Source: an uncultured virus (IMG/VR IMGVR_UViG_2061766007_004178) (lineage: Duplodnaviria; Heunggongvirae; Uroviricota; Caudoviricetes). From it: a DNA stretch of 64,000 bases. The notes under the pieces were generated by a model that saw only the letters and a list, made by a program, of their open reading frames with translations, did not search any database and was not told where the DNA came from. Numbering within the stretch: position 1 is the first letter of the stretch; each line of letters starts with the position of its first letter. The stretch lies in the IMG/VR virus record IMGVR_UViG_2061766007_004178; one strand, written 5' to 3'. The position numbers and the translations under genes are program-made. Below, piece by piece: positions 27,288 to 39,236 of this stretch.

Positions 27288-30200
27288 TTATGCCTTTGAA
27301 TTCTTGGCGATGACGATGTGGTCTTTCAGGTAATCCGCGTCTATCTCGCTGATGACGAATTTATTGTCGACGTTGTTGTAGTTGTACCAGTTGAGCGGGT
27401 TGTCCCTCAATGTGTCTTCGGCGTCGGCCGCGTTCAGATCGAGCGCGCTTTCGTTGTCGATTTTCGCGTTGTAGTAGAAGTTGAAGTTCGGGTCGACGGC
27501 TTTGATGTCGCTTAAAATCTGCTCATAAGCGGTGGTTTTGTCGATCGCGTTGTAGCAAAGCTTGTCGTTGAGCGGATGCGCCGCGTCGACGATATCGAGC
27601 TTGCCGAAGATGATTGTGGCGCTCTTCGATGACGCATTGTCGATCGAGTACTGGATTTCCGCGCAGTCGTCCCCTATCTTGATGATATTGAGGCCTTTGC
27701 GCAAGCGTCCCGTGTCTTCTGACCACCATTCGCCGCCGTTGTTGAAGATCTCCAGCGAGGCGTCTGTGCCGTCGGCCTTTTTGGCCGCGACCAAAGGATT
27801 AGGGCTCGTGGGCGAGTTGATGCAGTAGACCATGATCAAGCCGAAATAATCGTCAGGCATGATCGTGCTCAGCTTCAGGTACGGTCCGCTCGTGGTGGCG
27901 TCTTCGAACGTGATCTTCGTGTACTCTCCGTCTCCGAAGTTGTTCATGTTTAGCGTCGTCAGGCCGCTGCCTGAGGCGTCTTCGTTGTATTTCAGCTCGA
28001 CGCTCTTGTAGATTTTGAGCTGGGTGTCATATTGAGGCACGCTTCCTCCGGTCGTCTCGTACTCTTCGACCAAGAAGGTCCTGTTGCAGCCGCTTTGGAT
28101 GAGCTTATTGGCTTTGACAGAAATCGGCTCGCCAGGGNNNNNNNNNNNNNNNNNNNNNNNNNNNNNNNNNNNNNNNTTGTCCCAAATCTCAATTACGTCT
28201 TTCGACTGCGTATCGCCGTTGAGTTTGCTTATGTTGAGTATCTGCGGGGTCGATGGGCTGATGTTGAGGTTGAGCCTCGTCCTGACCTCCCAGTTGATGC
28301 CGCTGCCCAGATTGATGATGTCGAGGTGTTCGGATTGGCCGGCTTCCTCGTATTTGTATACCGTGTTTTCCGGGTCGGTGATAGGCTGCCACTCATTGGT
28401 GAGCTGGTGGTCGATGACGCTTGGGCTGTCGAGCGTGATCAAAATGCTGCCCTCCGTCAGCGTGATGTATTTGTATTCGTGGAATTCGAGGTTGTGGTTC
28501 TCTCCGCCGAAGTTATACGATCTCCATGGGATCGCCGCGCTCAGGCCGAGCGTGATGATATCTTCGGCCGATACGGATTGCTCGTTTTTCGTCTTGTAGA
28601 TGGTCGGCGTAGAATTCTGCTTTCTGATCTTCGTTCCGGCGCCGTAGTACGCGAGGTCGTTCTTATCTTTGTTGGTGTAGAAGAAATACTCGCCGTCTTT
28701 CAGCGTGTAGCTCGTCTCTCCGTCTTCGTCGAATTCGAAGATTATCCTGCCATAGGCGTCTGCGTTGGCCGCNNNNNNNNNNNNNNNNNNNTGTTGGTCT
28801 GAGGTTCGTCTAAGACGACTGAGATAAATTTGCGCTCTTCGATCTGCTCATTGGCGCCGAGCGTGAACATGCCGGCGACGTCGATAGGGACGACGTTTCC
28901 AGAATCGTCTCTGAAATCGCCAAAGCCCGACGTCTTCGTATAGGAGTGCGTCGATCTGTATTCTTGGCTGTCGGCCAAGGCGAAGCTAGGCCTGATGATG
29001 TGTCCTGGGCCGATATATCTGTTCACCACGGTCTTGCCGGTGCCTTCGGTCGAAGTGGCATGAGTGTAGTTGATCAGCAGGTATTCGTTCTGGCCGAGAA
29101 GGTGCTCTTCGTTCGGCGAGAGCATCGTGATGTCGGCGTTCTGTCCTAAGCCGTCTTTCGTGTACCAGGTCTCTGGGCTCGTGCCTGCTGGGCAATAGTC
29201 TTCGTCATGCGTCTCTTGGACGTAGAACGCGGTGAATGGGTCGGCCTCGCTCCTTCAGGTCTCCGTCTCGACGTATTTGACGTGGTTGCGGTCGACGTAT
29301 TTGCCGTAGCTGAGGCTATAGTCGGACGGTTTCGCGTAGAATATGCCGGATAATTTATCGTGGGCCTCGTCATAGTCCCTAGACTTGACCCAGCCTACCC
29401 ATGCGGCGAATGTGCTGCTGCTCAATGGTAGATAATAGTAGCTTTCGTTCGCGGTGTACGCTTCGGCGTAATGGTATATATAAGAATTGGAATTCTCGAC
29501 TTGCGTCCTTGTGAACAGCGCCTTGCGCTCTTGCTTCTTGCTGAGGAAGTTGGTCGCGTTTACTGTCGCGTCTCTGACAGCCTGAACGGCCGTCGTCGCC
29601 GATTCCCAGATGGCGCCATGGGCGGCTGGGTCATCGTCGTTGATATCGGAATTGAGATAATTCAATAAATTACGCATCGTGGCTGGGATGCCTACTTTGG
29701 AGCCGGTTTTCTTCTGGCCCTTGAAGTAATAGTTGACATACGCCGGATAGGTGCATTCCGTCTTGAGGTTAGGCATCCTGAACTGAACGACTTCGTTGGC
29801 TGTCAGTTTAACATTGCTCGAATCGCGGTAGATGACGTAGTTCGATTCTATTTTATAGATGCCGTTCGTCTTGTCGGCGTTTATCTCGGCAGGGTAAAGA
29901 AGGTCGTAATGCTCCTGCGCTCCGCCGGATTCCCATTCGCTCAGCGCGGCCTCGTTGTAGTCTGACGTGAAGCTGCTGTTGTAATTGAAAAGCGGGATCC
30001 TGCCGGCCAAGACGTTGTTCAGGACCAATTTGTTGAAGTATATGTCGCCGGAAAGGTTTTCCATGATGGATCTCGCGGTTTCGCCTGAGATAGGGTATTC
30101 CTCTCCGCTGACGGTGCATGCGTAAGTCGCTATCTCGACTGGGTCGAGCGGACAAGACTTGATTCTGGCGTCAGCGTTCTGGATGACGCTTTCGATGTCT

Positions 30201-31901
30201 TCTTCGACGAGCTCTTCGCCGAAATCGACCTTGCGCATATTGAAGTTCTCATAGAGCTTCGAATAGATGTTGGCGAGGATATCGAGCTGCTCGATCGCGT
30301 TCACTTTCTTGTTCGTGACGACTTTCGCGCTCAATCTGTAGTAGTTTTTGATGCACGCGATATCGGAGCCTGAAGGCGAGACGATGTTATGGGACAGCGT
30401 CTTGTTCTCCTCGATGTCCTGCTTTATGTCCAGAAGGTTGACGTCGTCGTATTTGAACGATTTCTGGTATTCGGTCTTGGTGTTGAGGTTGTATACGGTC
30501 GAGAACGGATAGAACACGAGGTCGAAGCGTTCGAGCGGCCTGTTGGCCTCAAGCTGCCTGANNNNNNNNNNNNNNNNNNNNNNNNNNNNNNNNNNNNNNN
30601 NNNNNNNNNNNNNNNNNNNNNACTTTGCCGAGCTGCGCTCTGAGCAGCTCTTCCTGATCCGCAGGCGCCGCGCTGTTGATGTTGTCGGCGATGGCTTGGA
30701 GATCCGCCAGGTCGTGCGTGGCATCCGCGGAGGCGAATGGGTTTCTGGCGGCGTTTCTGTATTCGATGCCGTGAGGGCCGAAAGTGCAGAGCGTGAACGN
30801 NNNNNNNNNNNNNNNNNNNNNNNAGAGACGATTATGTTCGAGACGAGCGGCGTGGTGTCGGTCTGGCTCATCGTCAGCTGGTAGATCTTGTTCATGTAAT
30901 CCCTGCAGGCGACGAGCGTGTCGAAAGTGCCGATGGTCTTTTTGTAATTGTTGTACGCATCGGTCAACGTCTCTATGTTGGCGCCGTTCTTGGCGGCTGA
31001 CGCGTTCGTGACGGCGTAGTTGTCAGGGTTCAGGTATGGGGCGTCGGTATTGGCCTCTTCGTCTCCGTTGGCGGTCTGCCAGCTTACAGGCTTCTCCATT
31101 TTGTAGAGGGTTCTGGCGGAGATGTTGCCGTTTGCGCCGTTCGTCCTTATGTATCTGATCCTCAGGCCGTCCTCGATGATGTTCGAGATGTCGTCTGGGA
31201 ACTGTATGTACGGCAGATTCTCCTTGGAATCGTAGCCGAACTTATAGCAATGCTTGCCGAGAGGCTGGGTATTNNNNNNNNNNCTCCTGGCCGTCGTTGA
31301 CGTTGAAGATTATGACGCCGTTCTCGGCTATCTGGGTCTCAGGCAGGTAATATCTGTTGTTGTCGTCGAGCTGCATGATCGAGACGATGTTGTCGTTGTC
31401 GGTCTCGCATTCGATGAGCTCGCCTTCGATGCAAGGGACCTCGACCGAATACGAATTCTCGTTGACGAACCTGTCTTCGAGCATGACGTAGTTGATTGTG
31501 TCGTCGACGTCTTTTATGTTGGTGAACCTGTCGATTTTCCATACGCCTTGGATAGGGCTGGACGAATTCAGCGTGTAGGTTATCTTGACGTTCGTGGTCG
31601 CGGATAGGTAATACTTGATGTTGTAGCCGAGCATCTCGGTTATCTTCCTCATGGATTCCATCTGCGCCGCGCTCGGCATGAACGCCTCCAGCGCGCTGAT
31701 GTCGACGTTGTAGTTTATCTTGTCGGCGACCGCCGTGAGCACTTTCAAAAGGACGATGCCAGGATCGCTCTCGTTGGTGTTCGCCGGATCTCAGATATCG
31801 CTTATCTTGCTGGCGAGATCCATGAGCTCGTTCCAAATCTGGTAGAAATCCTTTTTGGTCGCGCTCAGCCTGACGGCGTTAAGCTCTTCTTGTGTTATCA
31901 T
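27288..31901 (-). CDS. large baseplate wedge protein (gp6/baseplate J-like N-terminus), about 1500 aa
   Basis: MITQEELNAV...SDI[TGA=W]DPANTNESDPGIVLLKVL...; YIRTNGANGN, DTLVACRDY; TGA at 31791 and 29255; several N gaps. Confidence 0.75.
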
Positions 31902-31912
31902 TATGCGGTCTC

Positions 31913-32296
31913 CTATTCGTTTTCGTTGAGCAGCAGAAGCTCGAAGGTGTTAAGTCTGTAGTCTATCTGGTTTATGCCGGAGAAACGGCAGTACAGAGCG
32001 CCTTTTTGCCTGTCCTGCACGATGTCGACGTCCTCTCGCCTGACCTTCACCTGAGGGATGAAGAGGGCGAGCTGCGTGTATATTATGTCGATCACCTGAT
32101 CTTTTAGTATGTAATCGTTCTGGTCGAACATGAGCTTTCTGAGCATCAGGCCGAAATAAGGGTCGCCGAAAAGCTCTCCGCGGGTCGTATGGAACACGAG
32201 CCTGACGTTCTGCTTCGTGGCTTCCAGGTATTCGTCGGACTTCCATACATTCGTGCTGTTCGATCTGAACATCTTCGGGAACTTGATGCTTCTCAT
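31913..32296 (-). CDS. baseplate gp25-like protein
   Basis: TTRGELFGDPYFG signature; precedes gp6-like gene. Confidence 0.8.
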   Translation of the reverse strand: MRSIKFPKMFRSNSTNVWKSDEYLEATKQNVRLVFHTTRGELFGDPYFGLMLRKLMFDQNDYILKDQVIDIIYTQLALFIPQVKVRREDVDIVQDRQKGALYCRFSGINQIDYRLNTFELLLLNENE

Positions 32297-32314
32297 TCGT
32301 TAAAATCCTCAGTA

Positions 32315-32323
32315 TAATTTAGC
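32315..32323 (-). promoter_or_regulatory. putative late promoter motif GCTAAATTA
   Basis: Exact motif. Confidence 0.65.
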
Positions 32324-32351
32324 AATTTATTAAAGAACATGCGCTTGAATG

Positions 32352-35300
32352 CTAACCATTGCTTGGGTAATCCGGGTCNNNNNNNNNNNNNNNNNNNNCG
32401 TAGTGCGTCCTCAGATTATATAAGCCCAGCGGCCGGCGCCTTGGTCATTGCCTATGAAGAGCGATCGTCTTTTCTTTGAGAATACTGTCAATGGGTGCAC
32501 TACGGTGTGAAGACCAGTCAAATCAAAGCTGTGCACGTTGCCTTGTGGGTCAGTTCACGAAAGCACTCTTCCAGATACCGTGATCAGGCTATCATCATTG
32601 ACATTTATGGCTCCNNNNNNNNNNNNNNNNNNNNNNNNNNNTCAGCCTTCGATATAAAAATCTGTGTCGATTCTAAGTCAGGCGTCTTCTGCTATTCAGC
32701 CAGTTACGCCGCTGATAATCTTACGATAAGACCCACGCGGCGATTCAGCATCTCACTCTGCGCCACAAACAGGATAGTTTTTATAGCCATTTACTCAATT
32801 TAAATTGACTTGTGAGGCAGAAAGTACGTTTACGTGCGCGATATTATGCGAATTCATTTCGATATTATCAGCAAAACTAACCGGGTTTAGGCCACTAGCG
32901 TAATCGCCATATATTGTCTGTGTATGAAGAGAATTACTATAGGTGCTTTGCCATCAGTAATCTTGGTCACCAAGATTGATATACGTTAGACGATCTTTGG
33001 CGCTGTATTTTGGCAATAATGCGCCCATAGAATAAACGCCGGCTGGAAAGCTCTGTGTGGCGCTCGCTTTTATATTGTAGTCGTAAAAAACGCCAGGGCT
33101 GATTCTATCAGGATGTACGAGATACTGGGCGCCTAAGCTACTTCTAATCAACCAGCCAGTATTAGTTATATCTGAATAATCGGCCCATTCCGGAATTTGG
33201 CCTTGGCTGCTGTCAAATATAGCTGTATCTGAAAATGTTATGCCAGCCTGTATTTCTTGGTCTGTATAATCGTCTGGGTCAAGGATGCCGGATATTTCGA
33301 GCCAAGTCGAAGGGCTTTCGCCATGGGTGTAGCTGTACGGCCAAAGCCTAAAGCTGAATGGCAGCTTGATTCCAGAGCTTTTCCAGTCATCTGGCAGCGT
33401 CTGAGTCAGGAATTTGATGGTATAATTCAGTTTTATGCTCACTCAGCCTGAGTCGGTCCACATATAACCCGGACTGTCTCAGCTAATCTGTGAACCAACA
33501 GACCAAAGCATTGAATTGGTGCGATTGAACCAAAAACCTGAAGCATCCGTATCACGCAATTTAATTGTAAGGTCTTTGTTGACAATAAATCTTCCAGATC
33601 CAGCATTGTCGCTGTCGATTCGCACACCATAGCTGTTATTGACATTGCCGAGTTGCATGGCTCCATCGCTGAGTTTTATTGTATCACCGAGTTTAATTGC
33701 GCTGCCGCTGAGCTCTATATTAATGTCGCCAGTTGATGGGTCAGTTGAATAAAGTCTATCGGTGTCTATAGTAAAACCGCCGATGTGGCCGCCTGAGGCA
33801 TTTATCGTTCCGGAAATGTCTGCGTTATTCGCATATAGCTTACCGTCATCGATCTTTACTTCATTAACTTCGCCGGCCTGTTCGCCGTTTTCGCGCAAAA
33901 GAAGCCCGTCATTGCCGATGTATACTCCTGTATCCGTAGTATCTGATAAGCTATCAAGTGAGTTGGTATATAGACTACTATCTGTAACCGTAAAGCCGCC
34001 TATGCTGACTTTATTCGTATCGCTGTTTGCATCCGCGTCTGCCTTGAAGAGCACGTGATGCGAGCTGTCTTCGACTGTGATTTTGTTTGCCGTGATGTCC
34101 AGAGCGCTGATGTAGCTCGAGGTCAGCTTGCTCAAGACTAATTCGCCGCCGATGTCGGTCCAGGTGCCTACATGCGTTGTCGGATTGACGTATACGCATT
34201 GCTGCATTTCGCCGTGGGTATAGCAAGATGTACTGCCGGCCGTTATGTCTAGTGTTTCGTAGTTATCCGCGGTGACTTGTGTTTTTACGTTGTCGACGTC
34301 GACATAGAAGCCGATATAGCCGTTTTTTGTCGTAGGTTTTGGCAGATGCTCAGTATAGCCTGAATTGACCCAGATATCACCGACTTTCAAAGTATCGCCG
34401 GTAGGTGCGGTGTCAGTATAATATGTTGTTGATTTCGCGTTTGCGGTCTCTTGGGCCGCGTTGGCGTTTGCGAAAGCGTCCAAACCGGATGTGCAGGTAA
34501 TGCCACTTAACGCATCCGTATAGTTCCACGTTCCGCCGGTGCTGTCATATTCGTAGGTTCTGGTTCTGACGGCAGACCATATGTAATTGGCGTCGTTATG
34601 GGCCGGCATAGATGTAGATCAGTCAGCTGGATCCGTGCTAGGCTGCTGCTGCTCTTTCGCCATCGACAGATAAACGGTTTCGACAGTCGTCGGATATCCG
34701 GCGAGTTTGACCGTAGGCGTGTTTATTTCGACGCTCTCTCGATCGATTTTGAAGATGTTGAGGCCGGCTTCTGGCAGCCCTTGCGTGCCGTCCTGGTCAT
34801 AGGCTTTTATGGTTCAGCTGTCGACGTCTAAATTCCAGCCGAAGCCGCGTCTGGTATGCGTTTCTGGGTCGACGGGGTCGGCATTGACCTTATCGACTTT
34901 CGCATGCACTTCTGTGGCGGTCTGTTCGATCGTGGTCGAAAGCTCTCCTTCTTTTTGGGTGGCGCGACTGACCTCGCTGCGGATGCTTGAGGCATTTTGG
35001 TTTATTCTGGAATTCTGCAGGGTGTTTTCTTCGTCGAGTCTCGCGATTTCCGCGCCGATGTTTTCGCCGTCGTCTATCAATCTGATGTTGATGGCGCCTA
35101 TCTGGGTTTCCTGCTTTTTGATGCCTCTGACGATGTCCGCGATGCTCTTGTAGCTCGCCAGATCGCCGTCGACCTCGACTTTGTCCAGGTTGGTCGGGTC
35201 GTTGTTCAGGGTGAGCTCCGTGTCGATAGGGATGGAGATAGGCGAGGACGATTTGACGTTCGCCGCATTGACGGCGCCTCTCGGGTCCTTGCTCTCGACG

Positions 35301-35520
35301 TCGGCGCCGAGGTACAGCTTGCCCATGACTATAGGCATGTCTATGTCGTTGTTCTCGAAGCTGACTATTACGACGTCTCCGACCTTATATCCGTTGTAGA
35401 TGCCCGGCTGATTGGAGAAAGTGGCGGTCACGACTGTCTCTTTGTCGCTCGCGGCGCTTTCGAAAACAGGCAGCCTNNNNNNNNNNNNNNNNNNNNNNNN
35501 NNNNNNNNNNNNNNNNNNNT
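32352..35520 (-). CDS. baseplate central spike (OB-fold-like N-terminus) fused to fibre/receptor-binding region, about 1050 aa
   Basis: YKVGDVVIVSFENNDIDMPIVMG (gp5/gpV-like OB pattern), coiled coil, D[W]STSMP...YIWS, IGGFT repeats; continuous only if 11 TGA are Trp; ends in TAG at 32352. Confidence 0.7.
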
Positions 35521-35568
35521 AGTGTTCTCCGAATGAAAAAATCCGCCAAATGTTTTCGATTTCTCGAA

Positions 35569-35577
35569 TAATTTAGC
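35569..35577 (-). promoter_or_regulatory. putative late promoter motif GCTAAATTA
   Basis: Exact motif. Confidence 0.65.
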
Positions 35578-35617
35578 AGATTTACGGAAATAGATTTAAT
35601 AAATTTATTTTTCTTTT

Positions 35618-36913
35618 TTAGACTTTTATCGTGTTATCGCCGGCGATTTTCGTCAACGACAGCGTCGTTCTGTAGCCGCTTTCGTTGNNNNNNNNNNNNN
35701 NNNNNNCGATATACAGACCGGACGCTATATGCTTGTGCCCGCCTGGGAATATAACGTTGAGCCTAAGATACTGCATGAGCGTCGCAGGCCTGAGCAATCC
35801 CTGTATGGTGAGCGTAGCGCTGATTGGGTATTTTGTGAGCTTCGTATACCAGACGATGTCCTTGGTGGTCGGCGTGTAGTATTCGTTGCCGGAGATGAAC
35901 GTCGGGGCGTAGACGTCCTCCCATTGGCCTTTGTTGTTGAGGCGCCTGACGTATTCCTCAGGATACAGCTTTCCGGCGTAATCGTAGAATATGGAATAGT
36001 TCTCGTCCGCATCGATGCGGAAATTCGTGACGATGGTCTTCGTGTTGTAGCCGACGTCGACCTCATAGGCGTCGGTCTGCTCAGACGTGTAATCGGTCCT
36101 GGTGACCTTGAAATACGGCCCGTTGAGCTCATTGCCGTCCTTAAGCTGATCTTCGAACACGGTGTCGTCGTGCAGCGTCAGGATGTATATGCCTTTGCTC
36201 GTCGAGTCGAGCGTCGATCCGGCGGGGACCATGCAGCTCACCAGATAGGATATGTAATCTATAGGCGAGATATTGGTCTTGGTCTGGATGTTGACCCTCT
36301 TGTCCGTGCTGTCGATGAGCTTGTCGATATTCGACCTGTTCATGCCGGTGAAGATGCTCTGCAATCCATACATCGGGTTGAGGAACACCTTTTTGATCTC
36401 CTCGCTTGGGATCTTCGGCTCCGAATTGACGAACGTGAAATTGCCCACACGGCCTTTGATGGCGGTTGAGACGGCGCTGACCACGTACGATATCGCCGAA
36501 TTCTCGAGGTCGAATTGCTGGGTGACTTTGGTTATCAGGGCCTCTTCGTCTTTGTAGCAGTACGCAGGCTGCATGGAATCGCCGTAGCTGAACACTATCT
36601 TACGCGACGTGCTGACGCTCGAGAATACCTTCTCGAAGAAGTTGGGGTCGTCCTGCGGTCTGATAGGGTATTTGATGTTGAGGGTGTATTGGTTGACTTG
36701 CCCGTTTATCTTGACTATCGAGAGCGATTGGATGTAATTCGGATATTGAATATGGTAAAGCGTGTAGAAGTCGCCTTCGCTGGTCTTCTTCTGCTTCGTG
36801 GCGCGATCAAAAACGCCGAAGGTATAGTCGCCTATGGTGACTTTGACCCACGGCGCCTGTATCCTCGCCTGGCTTGAAAGCAGCGATTTTCTCTCTCTCG
36901 TGTAAACAGCCAT
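35618..36913 (-). CDS. baseplate hub protein (gp27/gpD-like)
   Basis: Position between LysM and spike genes; C-terminal ATLTIQG...SGLYI...GYRTTLSL. Confidence 0.65.
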   Translation of the reverse strand: MAVYTRERKSLLSSQARIQAPWVKVTIGDYTFGVFDRATKQKKTSEGDFYTLYHIQYPNYIQSLSIVKINGQVNQYTLNIKYPIRPQDDPNFFEKVFSSVSTSRKIVFSYGDSMQPAYCYKDEEALITKVTQQFDLENSAISYVVSAVSTAIKGRVGNFTFVNSEPKIPSEEIKKVFLNPMYGLQSIFTGMNRSNIDKLIDSTDKRVNIQTKTNISPIDYISYLVSCMVPAGSTLDSTSKGIYILTLHDDTVFEDQLKDGNELNGPYFKVTRTDYTSEQTDAYEVDVGYNTKTIVTNFRIDADENYSIFYDYAGKLYPEEYVRRLNNKGQWEDVYAPTFISGNEYYTPTTKDIVWYTKLTKYPISATLTIQGLLRPATLMQYLRLNVIFPGGHKHIASGLYIXXXXXXXNESGYRTTLSLTKIAGDNTIKV

Positions 36914-37206
36914 TATCTGAGGTCTCCGAATTCTATGCTGGAAATGCTAGGGATTTTCAAAATATCGAAATGATCTTTGAGGTTTATGAAAGGGTCCGTG
37001 ATGTCATTGAAAGCGGCGATGACCCACCAAAGCGTCGGATTGTTGTAGTAAGTCAGCGCCAAGGCGTCCAGATTGTCGTCCTGCTTGACTTCGTGGGCGA
37101 CCCAAGCCGTTTTCTTGAGCATCGGCTTNNNNNNNNNNNNNNNNNNNNNNNNNNNNNNNNNNNNNNNNNNNNNNNNNNNNNNNNNNNNNNNNNNNNNNNT
37201 GTCCAT
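36913..37206 (-). CDS. LysM-like baseplate protein (gp53/gpX-like)
   Basis: HEVKQDDNLDALALTYYNNPTLWWVIAAFN...LKIP. Confidence 0.8.
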   Translation of the reverse strand: MDXXXXXXXXXXXXXXXXXXXXXXXXKPMLKKTAWVAHEVKQDDNLDALALTYYNNPTLWWVIAAFNDITDPFINLKDHFDILKIPSISSIEFGDLR

Positions 37207-37209
37207 ACG

Positions 37210-37801
37210 CTAATCCTCGATGTTCATGCCTTTCTTCAATGTCTGGACGACGCCTCTGAATGAGCCGTTCTTGAATACGGTCGAAGCGTCGTAAGGGTCG
37301 ACTTCCGTGATGGCCAAGCTCATGTGGATCTCGGCGTATTTGCCGTTCGACAGGATAGGGAGCTTGTACGTGATGGCGATAGGCGCGTTGACGATGCCTT
37401 TGATGAATACTTCATTGCTGAGCCTCATCGCGACCAAAGGCGGCTCGATGGCTTTGTTCGATAGATTGTATTTAGGCACGGCGATGGNNNNNNNNNNNNN
37501 NNNNNNNGTAGTCTTCGCCGTCCTTCAGGTCGGCGTTGCTTACGCCGTAGTTGATGTCGTCCATCATGTCTCTGTGGAATTTGAGCTCGACCTGAACGGT
37601 CCTCGGGCCTGATTTGCTGTAAGTGAAAACAGGCGCAGAGCGTCCTAACGCCGAGGTCTCTCCGAACGTGGAGCCCATGCTGTCCGCGATGGTCTCTGGG
37701 CATGTCGGCAGGCGCCAGAATCTGAAGTCTTCGTCCAAGTGCGATATGTAGATATAGTTCTCAGGCAGGATGTTCTTATCCGACAATCTTATCTGCGGCA
37801 T
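37210..37801 (-). CDS. tail tube initiator/baseplate protein
   Basis: PETIADSMGSTF...LGRSAPVFTYSKSGPRTV...PPLV; two track ORFs joined over N gap. Confidence 0.6.
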
Positions 37802-37802
37802 G

Positions 37803-39236
37803 CTATTCGTTCTCCTCCAATTCGGCGTCCATGATGCTTATGTTCCTTTTGACTGTGCTGTCGTAATAGCTCACGTATTTCTCGGCGTCTTTGTCGACGT
37901 ACCCGAGCGTGTCGTGGCTGATGAAAAGCGTATTGGTCCTCGCGTTCGACGTCATGTAATCGTAAACGGCGTATCTGAGCTGGTTGTCCCAGAACCCAGG
38001 GATGCTTGGGACGTATCTGTAAGTATAGACTTCGTCGCCGCGCGTTTTGTCGCGTCCGTTGTTCGTGGAATGCGTGGCGTTCTCGATGACCTTCTGGACG
38101 CGCTTGACGTCGTTTCCGATCTCATCGGTGTGCGTGATGGCGTTGCCGACGAGGTACTCGACCAGCCTGTCCNNNNNNNNNNNNNNNNNNNNNNNNNNGT
38201 TGAAGCACAGAAGCTGCAGAGGCGTCTTGAGCTCTATGTCCGCGTCTTCCGGCAGGTTCTCGAAGTTTATGGCGACCGAATTGTCCAATGTCGCTGGGCT
38301 TCCGTCTTCGAATTTGGCAACGCCGCAGCTCGCGTTGGAATCGTTCCAGCCGCGGTAATCGCCTTCGAGTATGACGATGGTCGAATCATTCAGATAAGGC
38401 ACTTTTATGAACAGCTTGAGGCTGTCTTCGTTCTGCGCCAGCTCGTTTTTGTCGACTCCAAGGCTGTTGATGGACATCAGCTTGTCGTAAATGAAAGGCT
38501 GTGAGAAGAACGCGTGTCTCTCTTTCTGATAGGTTTTGATAGGGATTTCCCTGAAAATGGGGTTGTCGTTCTGATATAGGCCGTACATTCCGCAGCACAT
38601 TTCGACAGGTTCGGTCGAGTCGATGGCGATGGTGTACTTCTGGAACAGCTTGACCGGCACCATATATATCTTATATTTGGAATCTTTCGTGTTGAACGCG
38701 ATGTCGATCCTTTCGGCGTCGCCGGCTCCTTGGCTGACTACCGACCATTTCAAGTCGAGTTTGTCGCATGCTCTGTTGCTGAAGCAGTTGTACAGAGGCA
38801 TGAGGTCGAGGCCGTTGTAGTCTCTTTGGAACCTCAGGTACTCGCCGAGGTATTCATGCGTGTATGAATCGTATGTGTTGTTCGTTATCTTTAGGTTTTT
38901 GGTCGCGTTCAGAAGCTTCTTATTCTCGAAATAATAATGCTCGTGGGCGAAATTCTTGTTTCTGATGCCTACTGGCACCCATTCGCCGTCCACGTATTCC
39001 TGAAGCTTGCCGTCTTTGATATACGGAACGTAATGTAAAGCATTAGGATATATAGTCGCGCCTGACGCGTCTGTCCGGACGGTTATCGTCTCGAAGACCT
39101 CATCGCTCTCTTTTCCGTTCGCTTTGCGGTAATCAGCGAGCCTTTTCGTGTAGACTTTGCACTTCGGAAGGTTGTAATTATGCAATAATTGCTTGAGATA
39201 TCCGGTGAAAACCGTCGTATTGTTGAATTTCTCCAT
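37803..39236 (-). CDS. virion structural protein (unknown)
   Basis: Long ORF directly after tape measure gene; start MEKFNN at 39236. Confidence 0.65.
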   Translation of the reverse strand: MEKFNNTTVFTGYLKQLLHNYNLPKCKVYTKRLADYRKANGKESDEVFETITVRTDASGATIYPNALHYVPYIKDGKLQEYVDGEWVPVGIRNKNFAHEHYYFENKKLLNATKNLKITNNTYDSYTHEYLGEYLRFQRDYNGLDLMPLYNCFSNRACDKLDLKWSVVSQGAGDAERIDIAFNTKDSKYKIYMVPVKLFQKYTIAIDSTEPVEMCCGMYGLYQNDNPIFREIPIKTYQKERHAFFSQPFIYDKLMSINSLGVDKNELAQNEDSLKLFIKVPYLNDSTIVILEGDYRGWNDSNASCGVAKFEDGSPATLDNSVAINFENLPEDADIELKTPLQLLCFNXXXXXXXXXDRLVEYLVGNAITHTDEIGNDVKRVQKVIENATHSTNNGRDKTRGDEVYTYRYVPSIPGFWDNQLRYAVYDYMTSNARTNTLFISHDTLGYVDKDAEKYVSYYDSTVKRNISIMDAELEENE

